From the NCBI GenBank assembly GCA_973895155.1, contig OZ316898.1, positions 13,422,330 to 13,486,329 on the forward strand: a DNA stretch of 64,000 nt. Direction: 5' to 3'. Source of the stretch: Marsupella aquatica. Its lineage: Eukaryota > Plantae > Marchantiophyta. The notes under the pieces are model-generated. The model did not search any database. It was not told where the DNA came from and was given only the letters and a program-made list of their open reading frames with translations. The translations under genes were made by a program, and so were the position numbers. Each line of letters opens with the position of its first letter. The stretch's first letter is position 1. Positions 12,048-24,327 of the stretch are shown piece by piece.

Positions 12048-15000
12048 TAGGGGGCTGCCAAAGATGAGGCTTCGTTCCAACTTTCAGGAGTAGCAGGACT
12101 GTTGTACATTTACTCCTCTCTGCACGGGCTACGACGACTTCATGGAACGAAAGCTGGAGGAATTTGGTCGGCCAGTTGTCCCTGTTCTACTCACCTATGA
12201 CACAGGTGCGGCATCCACACATCTATACAATGTCACGAAGACCATCGAAAATTGAGGACTCTACCTCAAGCTCGTCAAACAGAATTTCCAGAGATGCGCA
12301 TTGCAACGAAACTTCCATTTCTTCAAATGCTTTACTGACAAGTAATTTACAATGATTGCCATCGCACAACCGAAACGTCATAATAAAAATTGAAAATCTC
12401 ATCCTGACCTACTAGCTATACCTCAACTTTTTCTACTTTATAAAGGCCGCGGCTCTATGGTCTACGTGTAGATGTATGCCCAGCGCCTTCTCTGCTGCAA
12501 GGGGCACACAGAGCGAACCAGGTAAACAACCATCATGTAAAGAGCCTTCCGCTTTGTAGAACAGGAACAGTCGACAATTTGTTTTTTTCCGAAGGGGACC
12601 ATTTCATCATGCGTAAAAGTGCAAAACAGGTGGGGGTCCACGAACTAATTTTTGTGTAATAACAAGATATTCATGCCAACTACAATTTAAAATAAATTAA
12701 AACTACATCAAATATAAAAAAACTGTAAATTTTTTTTAACATTTACCGTTTTAGTTATCTTTTAGTTTTATTAAAAATATAAGAGATAAATTCTCAATTT
12801 TGGCAAAATATAAAACAGTTGCCAAAAAGCGTAACCAAGTCTGGATTTTGAGTTTTTTTGCACTAGGACTGTGAAAGCAAAAGTACTAGTTTATTGTGTT
12901 GGTGAGATCCCCGCTTTGGGTTGAACGTAATGATGGGGTAATTTGTTTCTGATCACTATGGGTCTATGACAACAGCTGCTCTGCGGCTTTTATGGAAAAC
13001 AATTTATTATTTCATTCATATCGGTCTCTAGCTACTGTCCCACACTGTTTTTGACTGTCAAAACTTGATGAAGAGGCTATCAACTAAGATGAAAGCTGTG
13101 GATGGGGGTCAAATTGGGCAGAGCTCATCTTCAAGAACAAAGGGGACGTCGCTTGACAATTAAGATGGGATCATTCGTTTGTCAGGGAGCTTCCCGGTGA
13201 CTCTGTCATTGCTGGTCCCGGGTGATGCACTTCTCAATTGTTGCAAATCTATGGAGTCAGTGGGACCCAATTTTGCTTACCTGGAGAACATTTGTGTCCC
13301 AAATTTCAGACTACCTCTCTTGGAGGTATCCTGGGAGGTATCTTAATCGTGCACCTTGGTCCATTCTTAGTTTGAGTCTTTTGCACTAAAAGAGGACCCA
13401 CACACCCCTCATGAGATCTTCTCTTGTCATAGCAAGAAGGGTTGTTGTCTTAGCAAATTATTTTCTCCATTATAATTTCAATCCCACTTGCCGATTTAGT
13501 TTTGACACTTGATGTAGACCATTAGCTTTTTGCCACATTTGCTAAGAATGATGAGGACCTCGGTCCATTTGCGGTAGTTTTAGTTACTCTTTTTTGGTTT
13601 TTAGGGGTTTCCTTTTGCTCACTTCTTTTGCGTTTGGTTGCGTTTGGTTTTGTCCACTTGGGACCTCTCTTGTTTATTCTTTTGTACTCTATTTGGCCCT
13701 TTTCTGTAAAAAGTATGTGTTTTTCCATTTTTGCTATGGTTTGCTTTACAAAAGATTCATTGGGGGAGCTGTAAAATGATTCCAAATTCTCCTTTAGTTC
13801 CAGCACATTATCTTTAGTAATTTTTTTTTAAGCTGTTATATGACCTGCTCAGGAGTGCTATTTTCAGAGTAATTATTTAGTTTTTAATTTGTTAATTTAG
13901 TATATTCTTTGTAAATTTTTGAATATGCAATTAGAGCCCCTTTAAACTTTCTGTTTGTCAAGTGTCTTCTACAGTAGGTTGCTAGAGTGCCCCACATTAT
14001 AAAGTCCCAGTTGCAACGGCCTTTAAAAAGACAAAGCTTTGAACCCTTGACCTTCCCATCCATGCAGTGCTAAGCAGTTAACATGATCATCTGGAGTCAT
14101 GGAGAGTATTTAACTAAATTCAGATTTTTTAGAGCAGCGCCTCAACTCCTCTAAGTCAACACAAATTAGCATGGCGTACATTGCTTATAGCGATGTGTAC
14201 CACCTTACTTCGTTAAAGTCTTCCTGTTTTGTCTTATTAGAAGGTTCTAATAAAACAAAACAGGTAAATAGTAGAATTCGCCAGCTATATATACTGAATG
14301 GTCTGTACATTAGCTTTAGCAAACAAACACTCCAAGTGTCCCCAAGATCTTCGAAATTTCACCCATATGTTTACTATGGCCATGTTGTCATTGCAATCTA
14401 CAGTAGTTCTTGGGTGTGCAACTTTAGGTTCTGTCCTACTAATTTAAAGAAAAAACATTGTCACTCTCACAGCCGTCCCTTCCATAGGCGTCCTCGGGAT
14501 AGTTTATCGTATTGATTGAGGGGTCTCATTTTATCCAGTGTGGCAGACCATAGATCATCGAGGTGCACGTCGCCCATTAACTTTTGTCGCATGCGCCGAA
14601 TTCAATTGTTCCAATTTTGTCGATGTAAAGTTTGTACTGTAATTTCTTTGTATATGGTTTTATTGTACACCCTGGAACGGGCCCACGCATCTCCTCGTGC
14701 CAGTTTATCGTCCTGTTCCCATTATTATGAGATTCCTATTATTGCAATTAAGTTCACCACAGCAATGCTCCCATTATTATGAGATTCCTATGATCACAAT
14801 TGAGTTCACCACAGCCATGCTCCGGACTCATGGCAGATGAGCACTTTACCTTGTCATTGGCCGTGTGTGTAAACGACATAGGAATGGCCGAACACGAGGA
14901 ACAGCAAGCTAAGAGGATCAAAGCAGGATCGGAGCGGGCATCTCAGCAACTTCAAAAATTACTTGTTCGATCTTTGTTTTGCTGTACCTTGAAATTTCGT

Positions 15001-16114
15001 GATTCAATAATAGCTTCAGGACCTTGGCCGGTGCACGTTGGCCTAGTCGCTGCAGTGAGTCGATTGTCCCGGGTCTTCCTGCGCAATATATGTATCGATC
15101 ATACTGCCTTGTAGATCGGAAATCCAATAAAAACTTTTTCGACAGAATGCCATAGCTTAAAGTGGCTTTGGAGGTCGAAATGTCCAATAGACACAACTGA
15201 AGTCAGAAAAGCAAGTTCCTTTTGTCAAATCTGGTCAATGTTAATTAAGATATACGGACAAGTTGATTCGAAACGTGCAACGCAAATTTCATATGATCCC
15301 ACTTGGATCGTTAAATCAAGCCTTCGAGCAGGTGAATACAAAGGACAGCGTTTTGCCTAGTCTACGACAAACATGACACCTGCATACCTCATTCCGTCCT
15401 CCTGGCACACCCTCCATAGCTATTTTCACCAAAGTCTTCTCTAGGCTCCAGATCATGCCAATTCTCAATTGCCTGGAACTTGAGAGGCAATCAGAGAAAA
15501 AGTCTAATGCAGGCAGGCCAGAGACTTTTTCAACTCCAATCCATCTACTGCCTCTTACTAGGTATCGTGGTCAAACTACAGCGGGTAGTATTTAATTTCT
15601 ACCCGCTGTTTAACTAGATTGCCGACGGTCATGGTCAGAAGCCTTCGCCAAGTATCATCCTCCTGGCTTGAAACTTCATTCAAGTACTGTAGCCGCTCTT
15701 ATGAACTTCCACCAAAATCTACAAAACATGAAAAAAACAAAGTACCTGGAAAGGAAAGGAAACGAGGTTCAAAGCGTACAAACATCAATCAAGTAAAAAG
15801 AAAAACACGTGCAATCCAAGTATCCAACTGTAGTGCTGATCGAAGAAGGTGACTGTATATCTAAACGACCAACCATTAGAATCTTGAAAGGTTACTCATT
15901 CAATTACATTGGCAATGAATCCAAAATAGATTTGTCTCGCTGATCTGTCAAATGTTTTATCAGATTGTTGTCATTGGTCTCACACCTGTTGTGCGACGCG
16001 TCTCTGATACTAGATATGGCGCGACTAGTATCTATTGATAGTAACTTGCCGTGTTTGATCACATTGTTCGCACAGGTCGTTAAGAAATGTTGCACGACAA
16101 GTCTGTGAATCTGT

Positions 16115-16242
16115 GATACTACTGAAGGTTTGATGCCTTATATAATAGACTAGCCTACCCATTCTTTGACTAAATAGAGGTGAGCTGATACTACTGAAGG
16201 TGTGGCGCGTTATATAGACTAGCCTACCCATTCTTTGACTAA
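16115..16242. repeat. Tandem duplication, about 70-bp period
   Basis: GATACTACTGAAGGT...ATAGACTAGCCTACCCATTCTTTGACTAA occurs twice. Confidence 0.8.
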
Positions 16243-18146
16243 CAGACTGAGGTCAGCTGGCTGCCTATGCTTTGAAAAAAACACCCTGGTAGAACATAAT
16301 TACCCTAGTATTCACTTCTAAAATAAATAAATAAAAACTTTCCAATTACTTACCACCAAATGATTCTTTGTTTCATACAACAAAATGAGAATGATTTTTT
16401 TCTTGTCTTTATATTTTTTTGCTTTTTAAACCTTAACACAGACACACCTCGTTTTACTTGCTTTTTAAGGAATTGTTTGTCTGGTCTTTCTTTCCTTGAT
16501 TAGATTATGCATTATTTTACTGATTATCAAGTATTTGCAATTAAACTCCTGTCATGATGTAGCATTTCCCATGCATGGATGGTATAGCATGGAGCATAGT
16601 ATGGCATGGATGGTAGAGGGAGGAGCACTTTGTAGGCATAATATAATATGGATGGTAGATGGAGGAACATGGTGTAACATGGACTGTAAAGGGAAGACTG
16701 GGAAGACTTAGTCTTCCCCTTTTTTTGCTTTGGAGAAACGTGTTACACAACCAAACATTATTATGTTAGTCTTATTACTTTCTCTTTTTCAATTCCTTTT
16801 CTTTCACTCAACAAGCCTTGCCGAATTTGAACGAACTACTTTTAAAACAGACGCAACTTCTTATTATAGATTTGATTGTCTATTATACTGTCTAGCTTGG
16901 CATTTGCCCCTAGGTTGGATGAAGTTTTTAATAATACGATAAACCAGACATTGAGTGGATGAAGTTTTTCCTAGTACCATAAACCAATCATTGAGTGTTG
17001 TTGTTTTATGTACAGTATATTTGATAAGCAATATTTGGTTGGGCAGAAAAAGAGAATCTTAAATGAAAGTATGTGTTACCAAGTCAGCACTGATCAAAGG
17101 AGGACCACTTGGCCACATGAGCCCCAAACATGAGAGTGAACTCAGGGGGAGTAGGTTCATACGTTTGCTTCATATTCACCCAAACAAACCCGCCCACATT
17201 GGAAGACTGTGGGCCTCCCATGAAAATAACCTACTTGGCTCCAATTAATTCAAGCAGAAATTGTACGTCTTCAGTGAATGAAGTAAAAGTTTATTTATTT
17301 ATTGTTCTTACTAATCCCAGTCAACAATTTTAACCATGTTTTTAGAGATTGACTGATGTTTTAGAAAAGTTACACTTAAACTTATGTTGATCATTCTTAA
17401 TCATAAGTTTAAATATACAAAAAAGGGAGTGCAATCGAAGTACTATATTAAACAATCCCACCCAAAGGTAGGACGTGGGAATTTGAAGACTCCGTGGACC
17501 ACAAGGTTGGTCTTTGGAACCCCCATAGACCACATTTCCCAAAATTTAACTGTAATAACTTCATATTCATAAACTTAAATGTATTTAGTGTTTCAATGGG
17601 GATATGTTAGAGGAGTAGATAAGCCACTCCTTCCATCAAAGTGATAGTGAATTTTTGGACATATATTTGGTTGAAGTTTTCATCCAAAATTGTCAGGGTG
17701 GAAAATCCCATTAGATTAATTTTCACTGTGTTAATGTGAAATATCTAGGCTTGGTTCTTAAATCTTCTCCTCCTACTCTAGTTGCCTCGCAGGTGCAAAA
17801 CCAAAAATTATTTTAGGACTCATAACCATCATGTTATGGGCCCCGAGCTCCAATGGACCACCAAAATGTGGTCTATGGGAGCACAATGTCCAACATGGTG
17901 GTCCGTCCTGGCTTGAGTTTCCAGGATATGGTCTGTTTACCAACCCACTTTTGGTGAAAGTCAATTCAAAATGGAGATTTTTCATCATCATCATCAGATC
18001 TTAAAAACAAGGTCTGTGAAAGAAAACGGTGGAGGCTTGGCTGCACAGGATGAGATGGGCATGAATGGCATGGGTTTGGGCATGCGGATGAGATGATGGG
18101 ATGGTGCCAGGGCCCTTACAGATAGGGCAACCATGTGGGGCCCAAT

Positions 18147-18760
18147 TTGAGCTGACGGACAAGTTGTGGTGTTGTCAGACATGACAACTTGTCATTTGTC
18201 AGCTCCAAAGGGGTCAAATGTAGGATATTCATTTATATTCCCCGGCCGGCCGGGAGAGGCCAGGGTCGGGCCGGGACAGACCAGGACAGACTGGCTCGGG
18301 CCGGTGTGTGGGCTGGGGCCAAGGCCAAGGCCAGGACGACCAGTTGTGACACATGTCGGATGTTGGGGTCCAGACCCCTCATTTGACGGAAAGTCCAAAC
18401 CGGGGCGTGGGGGGGGCAGATTCTCCTGCTTGACATCAGGCCTGCCCATGACGGGCATATTGGGGGTCTCGATCCTGTCACCCAGTCCCCCACCCACCCT
18501 GCCTGCCACGGTCCTGCCCCGACCATTCTCGACCCGGCCTGGCCCCGACCTTGCCTGGTCCCCCACCCAGCCGGCCCGCTCCGCCCCGCCCCGCCCCCAA
18601 CCCAACCATTTTTTACCTGACCTTGCCTGGTCCCCCCACCCACCCAGCCCCGCCTGACCCCAACCCGGCCTCAACCTCGAACCCCCGCAGGGGACCGGCT
18701 TGCTAGACCGGGGGAGTCTGGGGGACCCCAGGACCAGGTCGGGACAAAGTAGGGAAAGTT
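18147..18760. repeat. GC-rich, G/C-skewed low-complexity island with internal inverted repeats
   Basis: Imperfect hairpin GAGCTGAC..GACAAGTTGT / ACAACTTGTC..GTCAGCTC at 18149-18206. A G-rich arm (18241-18330) faces a C-rich arm (18480-18690) with repeated GACCTTGCCTGGTCCCCC. Confidence 0.6.
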
Positions 18761-19830
18761 AGGGAATGTCGGGAGAATATTTCAGAATATGCATCAAATT
18801 TTTGGCCCAACATTTTATGATTTTATGTGTCAAGCAAGGCATCAAGTTGTCTGTCAGGTTAAACCGGGGCCTGGCCTGCTGCACCAGATGGGCAAGGAAG
18901 CCAAGAAAAAGGTATAGGATAATGAACATCTTGGGACAGGTTTACTAGGTTGTAACCCATTGACTTATTGTGTAACAACAGTAGTTGGGAAACTTTTCTA
19001 AGCATTCTCGGAGCAAGGTTCAGACTACGACCCTATCCCACACCATCAATACATTAAGTAAGTTTGGTATGGGAAAAAGTTAAGGAAGACAAGTTTCTGA
19101 GCAGGAGATTATGGAAATAGCAAGGAACCTTTATTCCATAGGGCATTTATGTCGGGTAGGAAATAAGTGGAGAGAGAGAAGAGCGAGAGAGGAGGGGAAG
19201 GGAGATTATGGAAATAGCAACTACCTTTATTCCATACAGCATTTATGAATAGGATAATGTCCTGGTTAGAGGGCATTATCCTAAACTATAATACAAGGTT
19301 GCACCTTTTTTGAAGTGGTTGTCATTCAAATTTGCTGTGTCCAAAAAACGTTAATCATGTCAAAGAGAAGGAATAAAGGGTATATTAAATTTAGTGTGCA
19401 CCAAAAAAGTTGCATTACAAACAAGAGGGGAATCAAACGGGACACACAAAGGAGGGAGCCAATGGGACACACAAAACAAGGGAGCAATGCACATGCATGA
19501 ATATTAAGTAGGTTCCTGATCCATACACAAGAAATACAAAAATACATAACATATGTGATATTATATATTATTGCAAGTATTACATTACAATATTGCATAA
19601 TATAATAATGGTAGTAGTTTAATTAGAATAGGTTAATTAAACACAATAGGTTAGATGATAGGGAGAATGTAAAAAAAAATGTTACTTTTTTATAGCATGG
19701 TAGTCATTCAAATTTGCAATATCCCAAGCATGAAAAACATGAAAGAATTTAACCAACAAGAAGGAATAAAACCAAAAAAATCAATATTGTGAATGAAAAT
19801 GGAGAGCAATGTTTCCAAGCAAAAAATGAA

Positions 19831-21143
19831 TCTAATAATACAAAGAAAATAGGGAGGGTCTCTAGCAATGCAGGAGTATCAAGGAGACCTCCCTTTACCA
19901 TGTACCACTATAATCCTTATCCTGTCCCTTTATAAACTAAAAAAAGTGAGAATCAATCTTGAATGTTCATCAAAACATAATTTTATCCACTGTCAGATCT
20001 ATCCATACACCCCTTTTAAAAATGCCCAAGCTACCCTTTAACCTTCCCATACCTGCCACAATGAAAAAATTAATCAAATTTTAAATAAATCTATTCATAT
20101 ATAAATAATTCTATTTTTTGAATATAAATAAAATATATAGAAAATATTTTCTTGACATCTTTTCTTCATATGAAGATCTTCTCACCTCAAGATCTTTGCT
20201 CATCTTGACATATTTTCCTCACCTCAAGATCTTTTCTCAGCTCGACATATGTCTTTTCTCTCGACATGTTTTCTCATCTTGCCATCTTTTCTCTCCTTGA
20301 CATATTTTTCTCACCTCAGAATGTTTTTCTCTAATTGACATATTTTTCTCATCTTGCCATCTTTTCTCTCCTTGACATATTTTTCTCAGCTCAAAATGTT
20401 TTTCTCTCATCGACATCTTTTTTCACCTTGACATATTTTCTCACCTCAACATGCATCATTTGTGCAATGCACACGTATCAGGCCCAAGATGTACTTCACA
20501 ACATCTTTGACTAATGACATACTTTATCTATTGACCATTTTGTACTTAACAACATCTTAATACTTAACGACATCTTTGGCACAACAACATCATTGGCGAC
20601 ATGACATCTATTTACTTGACGACAATTTTTTACTTGTTGACCTTTTGGGCAACATGCCATCTTTGGTAAAACGACTTCTTTTTCTTAACAACATCGTTTT
20701 ACTTCATGACATCTTTCACATAAGAATATCATTCTTGGGAAACACAACATTTTTCTCTTAACAGCATTTTGGACGCCACAACACTTTTCTCTTAGCGACA
20801 TCTTGGGGGACACTACATCTTGGGGGACACAACATCTGTTTTCTTAACGATATCTTGGGCGCCACAACATGTTTATTTTAACGACATTTTGGGCAACATC
20901 TTTTTTCTTAATGACGTCTTTTGTGCAACACACGGGTATTTTCCCTCAACGATGTCTTGGCTGAGACGACATCTTTTCCCTCAAAGATGTCTTTGCCGAC
21001 ATGACATCTTTTTTCTCAACGACATCTTGGCCAACAAGACATCTTTTCTCTCAACGACCTCTTGGCCGACTCAACATCTTTTTTTCTCAACGACATCTTG
21101 GCCGACATGACTTCTTTTGTGCAACGCACGGGTATTGAGCTAG
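19831..21143 (+). mobile_element. Non-autonomous Helitron-like element filled with degenerate tandem repeats
   Basis: The 3' end GTGCAACGCACGGG-TATTGAG-CTAG|T (21119-21144) matches the plant Helitron hairpin plus CTAG terminus. Candidate A|TC 5' ends lie at 19831, 19998 and 20090 (uncertain). The interior 20150-21110 is an array of GACATCTTTTTCTC-type units. Confidence 0.65.
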
Positions 21144-22618
21144 TGAGATACAATGCCCTGAAAACGAGGGCGGCAGCCCAAGTTTTGAGGGCATTATTCT
21201 CATAATGCCAGTAACTAGGACATTAATGTGCATAAATACTTGAGTGATTTTTTGGTAACAAACAAGTAAAGGTGAATCTATGAATAGAAAATACAAGCCA
21301 AAGGGCCTGCAATTGGTCAAAGGCAGCTAAAAACAAATCTTGTGATTTTGATACAAGTTATTATGTTATTTTATTTGGTAACACTATATTTGGGTTTTAC
21401 ATTTCCTATTTTTGTGATACTTCACATTATGCCCTCCTCAAAAGAAGGGAGGCTGTATGGGAAATTAACGCACTCAAAAATACAAAGAGGAAAATCAAGA
21501 AAGTACAAAGAGGAAAATCAAGAAAGTCTTTGGAGAGAGAGAGGGAGGCACAGGAAGTGATAGAGAGACAGGAAAAATAAGCAAAGGAAGAGGGGAATAG
21601 CAGTAAGAGCAGAAAACAGGAAAGGGAGGGGTCGGTGGCAGCAAGGCCAAGTAGCTGGGAAAAGACAGGGAGGGCACCCCGTTTCCTCCCCAAGCGTCCT
21701 TTCTGGTGGATTGGTTAGTACCCTAAGGAGTACTTTACAAGGAGGTGGGGGGCACTTGGAAGTTTTTATCACCAAGCAAACTGGAGTGCCATAGCACACA
21801 CTAAATATAGTGTCCCCGGGCTAAAAGAATTTTTTGAATACTTATATTGCCCCCAAGGTCTGGTAAAGCCAAGTGCAGCCAATGGTGCCGGATGAATTAC
21901 TAAAAGATAGATTGAGGACCCACTCCACCTGAATGTCACCTAATCTGTGGCTAAAGTATTTCTAGATGTGAGAAGAGAAGATCTTCTGAAGTACTTGTGG
22001 GTCTCTTTTTAATGCAAATGACTTAAAAGAGGAATGGACCAAGAGGCCAGAAGAAGGAACCACCAAGAGAGGTGATCTAAAATCTAGGACAAAATCTCCA
22101 CATAAGCAAAAATTGGGCCCCACTTATTCCATGTAGGATTGATAACAGGTTAGGTTGAAAGTGCCCCCAAGGTTTTTGTAAAGTGAACAGCAGCAGTTTC
22201 TTCCAAATGGATGGCTCTGATCAGATCTTGGAGACAAAAAAAATGTGAAAACTGCCCCCAAGGTGTGATCCTGCTTACTTAGATTAAATCAAAACCTAGT
22301 GCAGATTGAAGTGTGTATTTTTAAGTGTTATCCTGTGTATTTTACCTTTAGATTGCAATGAATGCTTAATTAAGCTATCTTACTTACTTTTAGATTAAGA
22401 TACGTACTTAAATGATTACTTAAGGTTACTTTTTTGGGTAAATCATAACTTAGATTGAAGTGCCAACTTAAGACAATGATCATACTAATTTTTGGATGAC
22501 ATACTTAGTCAATTATCTGCCCACTAGTTTGAAGGTATGCTTTCATAGTTGTTTTGATGAACAATGAGAGTGAATGTCAGCTACCCCACTTTGATTTTCT
22601 TTCATAATTGTGACACTA

Positions 22619-23660
22619 CTGTCTTCCCCCGAACACAACGCCCGGGCATTGTGTTCGAATATGGTCAAAACAAGGATTTTAGGCAAAAAAGACGTTTTCA
22701 CTCAAACACAGCACCATATTAACACAGCGCCCGTGTTTGAAATTGACTTTGTGTTCAAAAATGTGCACATTCAAGTGACTATAGGAGAAAGGTAACCGGG
22801 TTGCAACTACTATCCATTACTTTAAAATCGTCCAACACATCTGCTCTTTCAACTTACAAAATCCATCGTCCTTTGAGAAATGTAAGCTAATTTCAAAATC
22901 CTTCATTCTCGAAGAAGTGTGCGCTGTTTCCAAAATGTTGAGCAGCAATCCGGAAGTATCGATATATTCTTCTACTGTGTGAACTTTTGACAGACTTTCA
23001 CATCAACCTCTGACTGATGCCACGACGTCTCGTCAAAGAAACCCATAGTGCCTACGTTCATAATTAGATCTGACTATTCACTTCTCTATTTTCAATTTTC
23101 CATTCCCTTCAAGATCAAGGCACTCGAATAGTCTCATGGACATTCCACACTGCAAGAAGAAAGATTAAATAATTATAGAAATGAGCAAATTGGCCATAGT
23201 AAACCGAACAATTGTGAAAAGTGGACGAATATGTTTTACTAAGTGATAATAGTACACTTGGTATGTATGGTTTGTCAGGTTTTATTTTCTATTGCAAATT
23301 TGATTTCTCCCCTTGTGTAATTTCAGTGGTTCAATTATTTAGCTACACATCCTTTGAATGAGCAAATATTTTTGGGAAGTCAAAAAACCAAAACTTGAAC
23401 ACACTCCTCTCTGACACACATAACTTTTATGCATATCATTCCTTCTTACACTTTACATGCATCTCACAATGCCAAAATTCAAGCACATTACCTTAAATTT
23501 GAACACAACGCCACATTTCAGACACAGTGCCTTAAGTCCAAGAAATGGAAACATTGACTTCAAACTCAAACACAGCGCCCTGGGCGCTATATTTGAATAG
23601 AGCGCCCCTTGGCTCACTATTCGAATATAGCGCCCGGGCCTTGTGTTCGGGGGAAGACGG
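22619..23660. mobile_element. Non-autonomous Tc1/mariner (pogo-like) element, about 1.04 kb
   Basis: TIRs C(T/C)GTCTTCCCCCGAACACAA(C/G)GCCCGGGC at both ends, flanked by TA at 22617-22618 and 23661-23662. No transposase ORF. Confidence 0.85.
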
Positions 23661-23894
23661 TAGCCCCATGCCTGTGCATTGCACAGTTGTTGCAGCCGCT
23701 TACTTTGTGAAAAGTGTTGTTCTTGTGTAAATGTTGTGACTGTACAAAAGTTGTGTTGTCAAATGGTGAGATGGTTGCAAGGTGAAATCAAGGGTTGTCA
23801 AATGATGCATAAGACCACAAGTTGAATGAAGCTCCAAAGCCAAGAATCCTCTAGGATTCATTGCCAAACAAACAAAACAGAAACAAAACCTCAT

Positions 23895-24182
23895 GTGCCC
23901 CCAATAACCTCAAACCCAAACATCCTCCAAGGTTCAAAGCCCAAAAACCAAACAAACAAAACCCTTAGAAGCTCCCCAATAAACTCAACATTATGCACCA
24001 ACAAACCAAACAAACAAACAAACAAAAGCCTTAGAGGCTCCCCAATAACCTCAACAATATGCACCAAAAAAGCAAACAACCAAAAGCCTTAAAAGCCCTC
24101 GAATAACCTTAACAATATGCACCAAAAAACCCAACAAACAAGAGCCATAGTGGCCCCCCAATAACCTCAACAATATGCACCT
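23895..24182. repeat. Minisatellite (about 60-65 bp unit, about 5 copies) immediately upstream of NOA1
   Basis: Recurrent CCCCAATAACCTCAACAATATGCACC...AAACAA..AAAAGCCTT. Followed by a (GAAC)n microsatellite near 24261-24283. Confidence 0.85.
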
Positions 24183-24327
24183 CCAGTAGTAGTTTCATCG
24201 TTGGGTTTTGGAGAGGGTTTGAGTCTCCTCCTCCTCCTCTGCTGCTCCTGACCTGAGATCGAACGAACGAACGAACGAACGAAGCAATGAACGAATTGTA
24301 ATTCCCATCCGTCCCGGATCGAGAGCG

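Noticed and set aside
18166-18674. Overlapping 136-163 aa Pro/Gly/Arg-rich ORFs on both strands
   Set aside because: A by-product of high GC and low complexity. No domain, and non-ATG starts.
20576-21110. ORFs with repeated STTSWPT/FFLNDIL peptides
   Set aside because: These are translations of the Helitron-internal tandem repeats.
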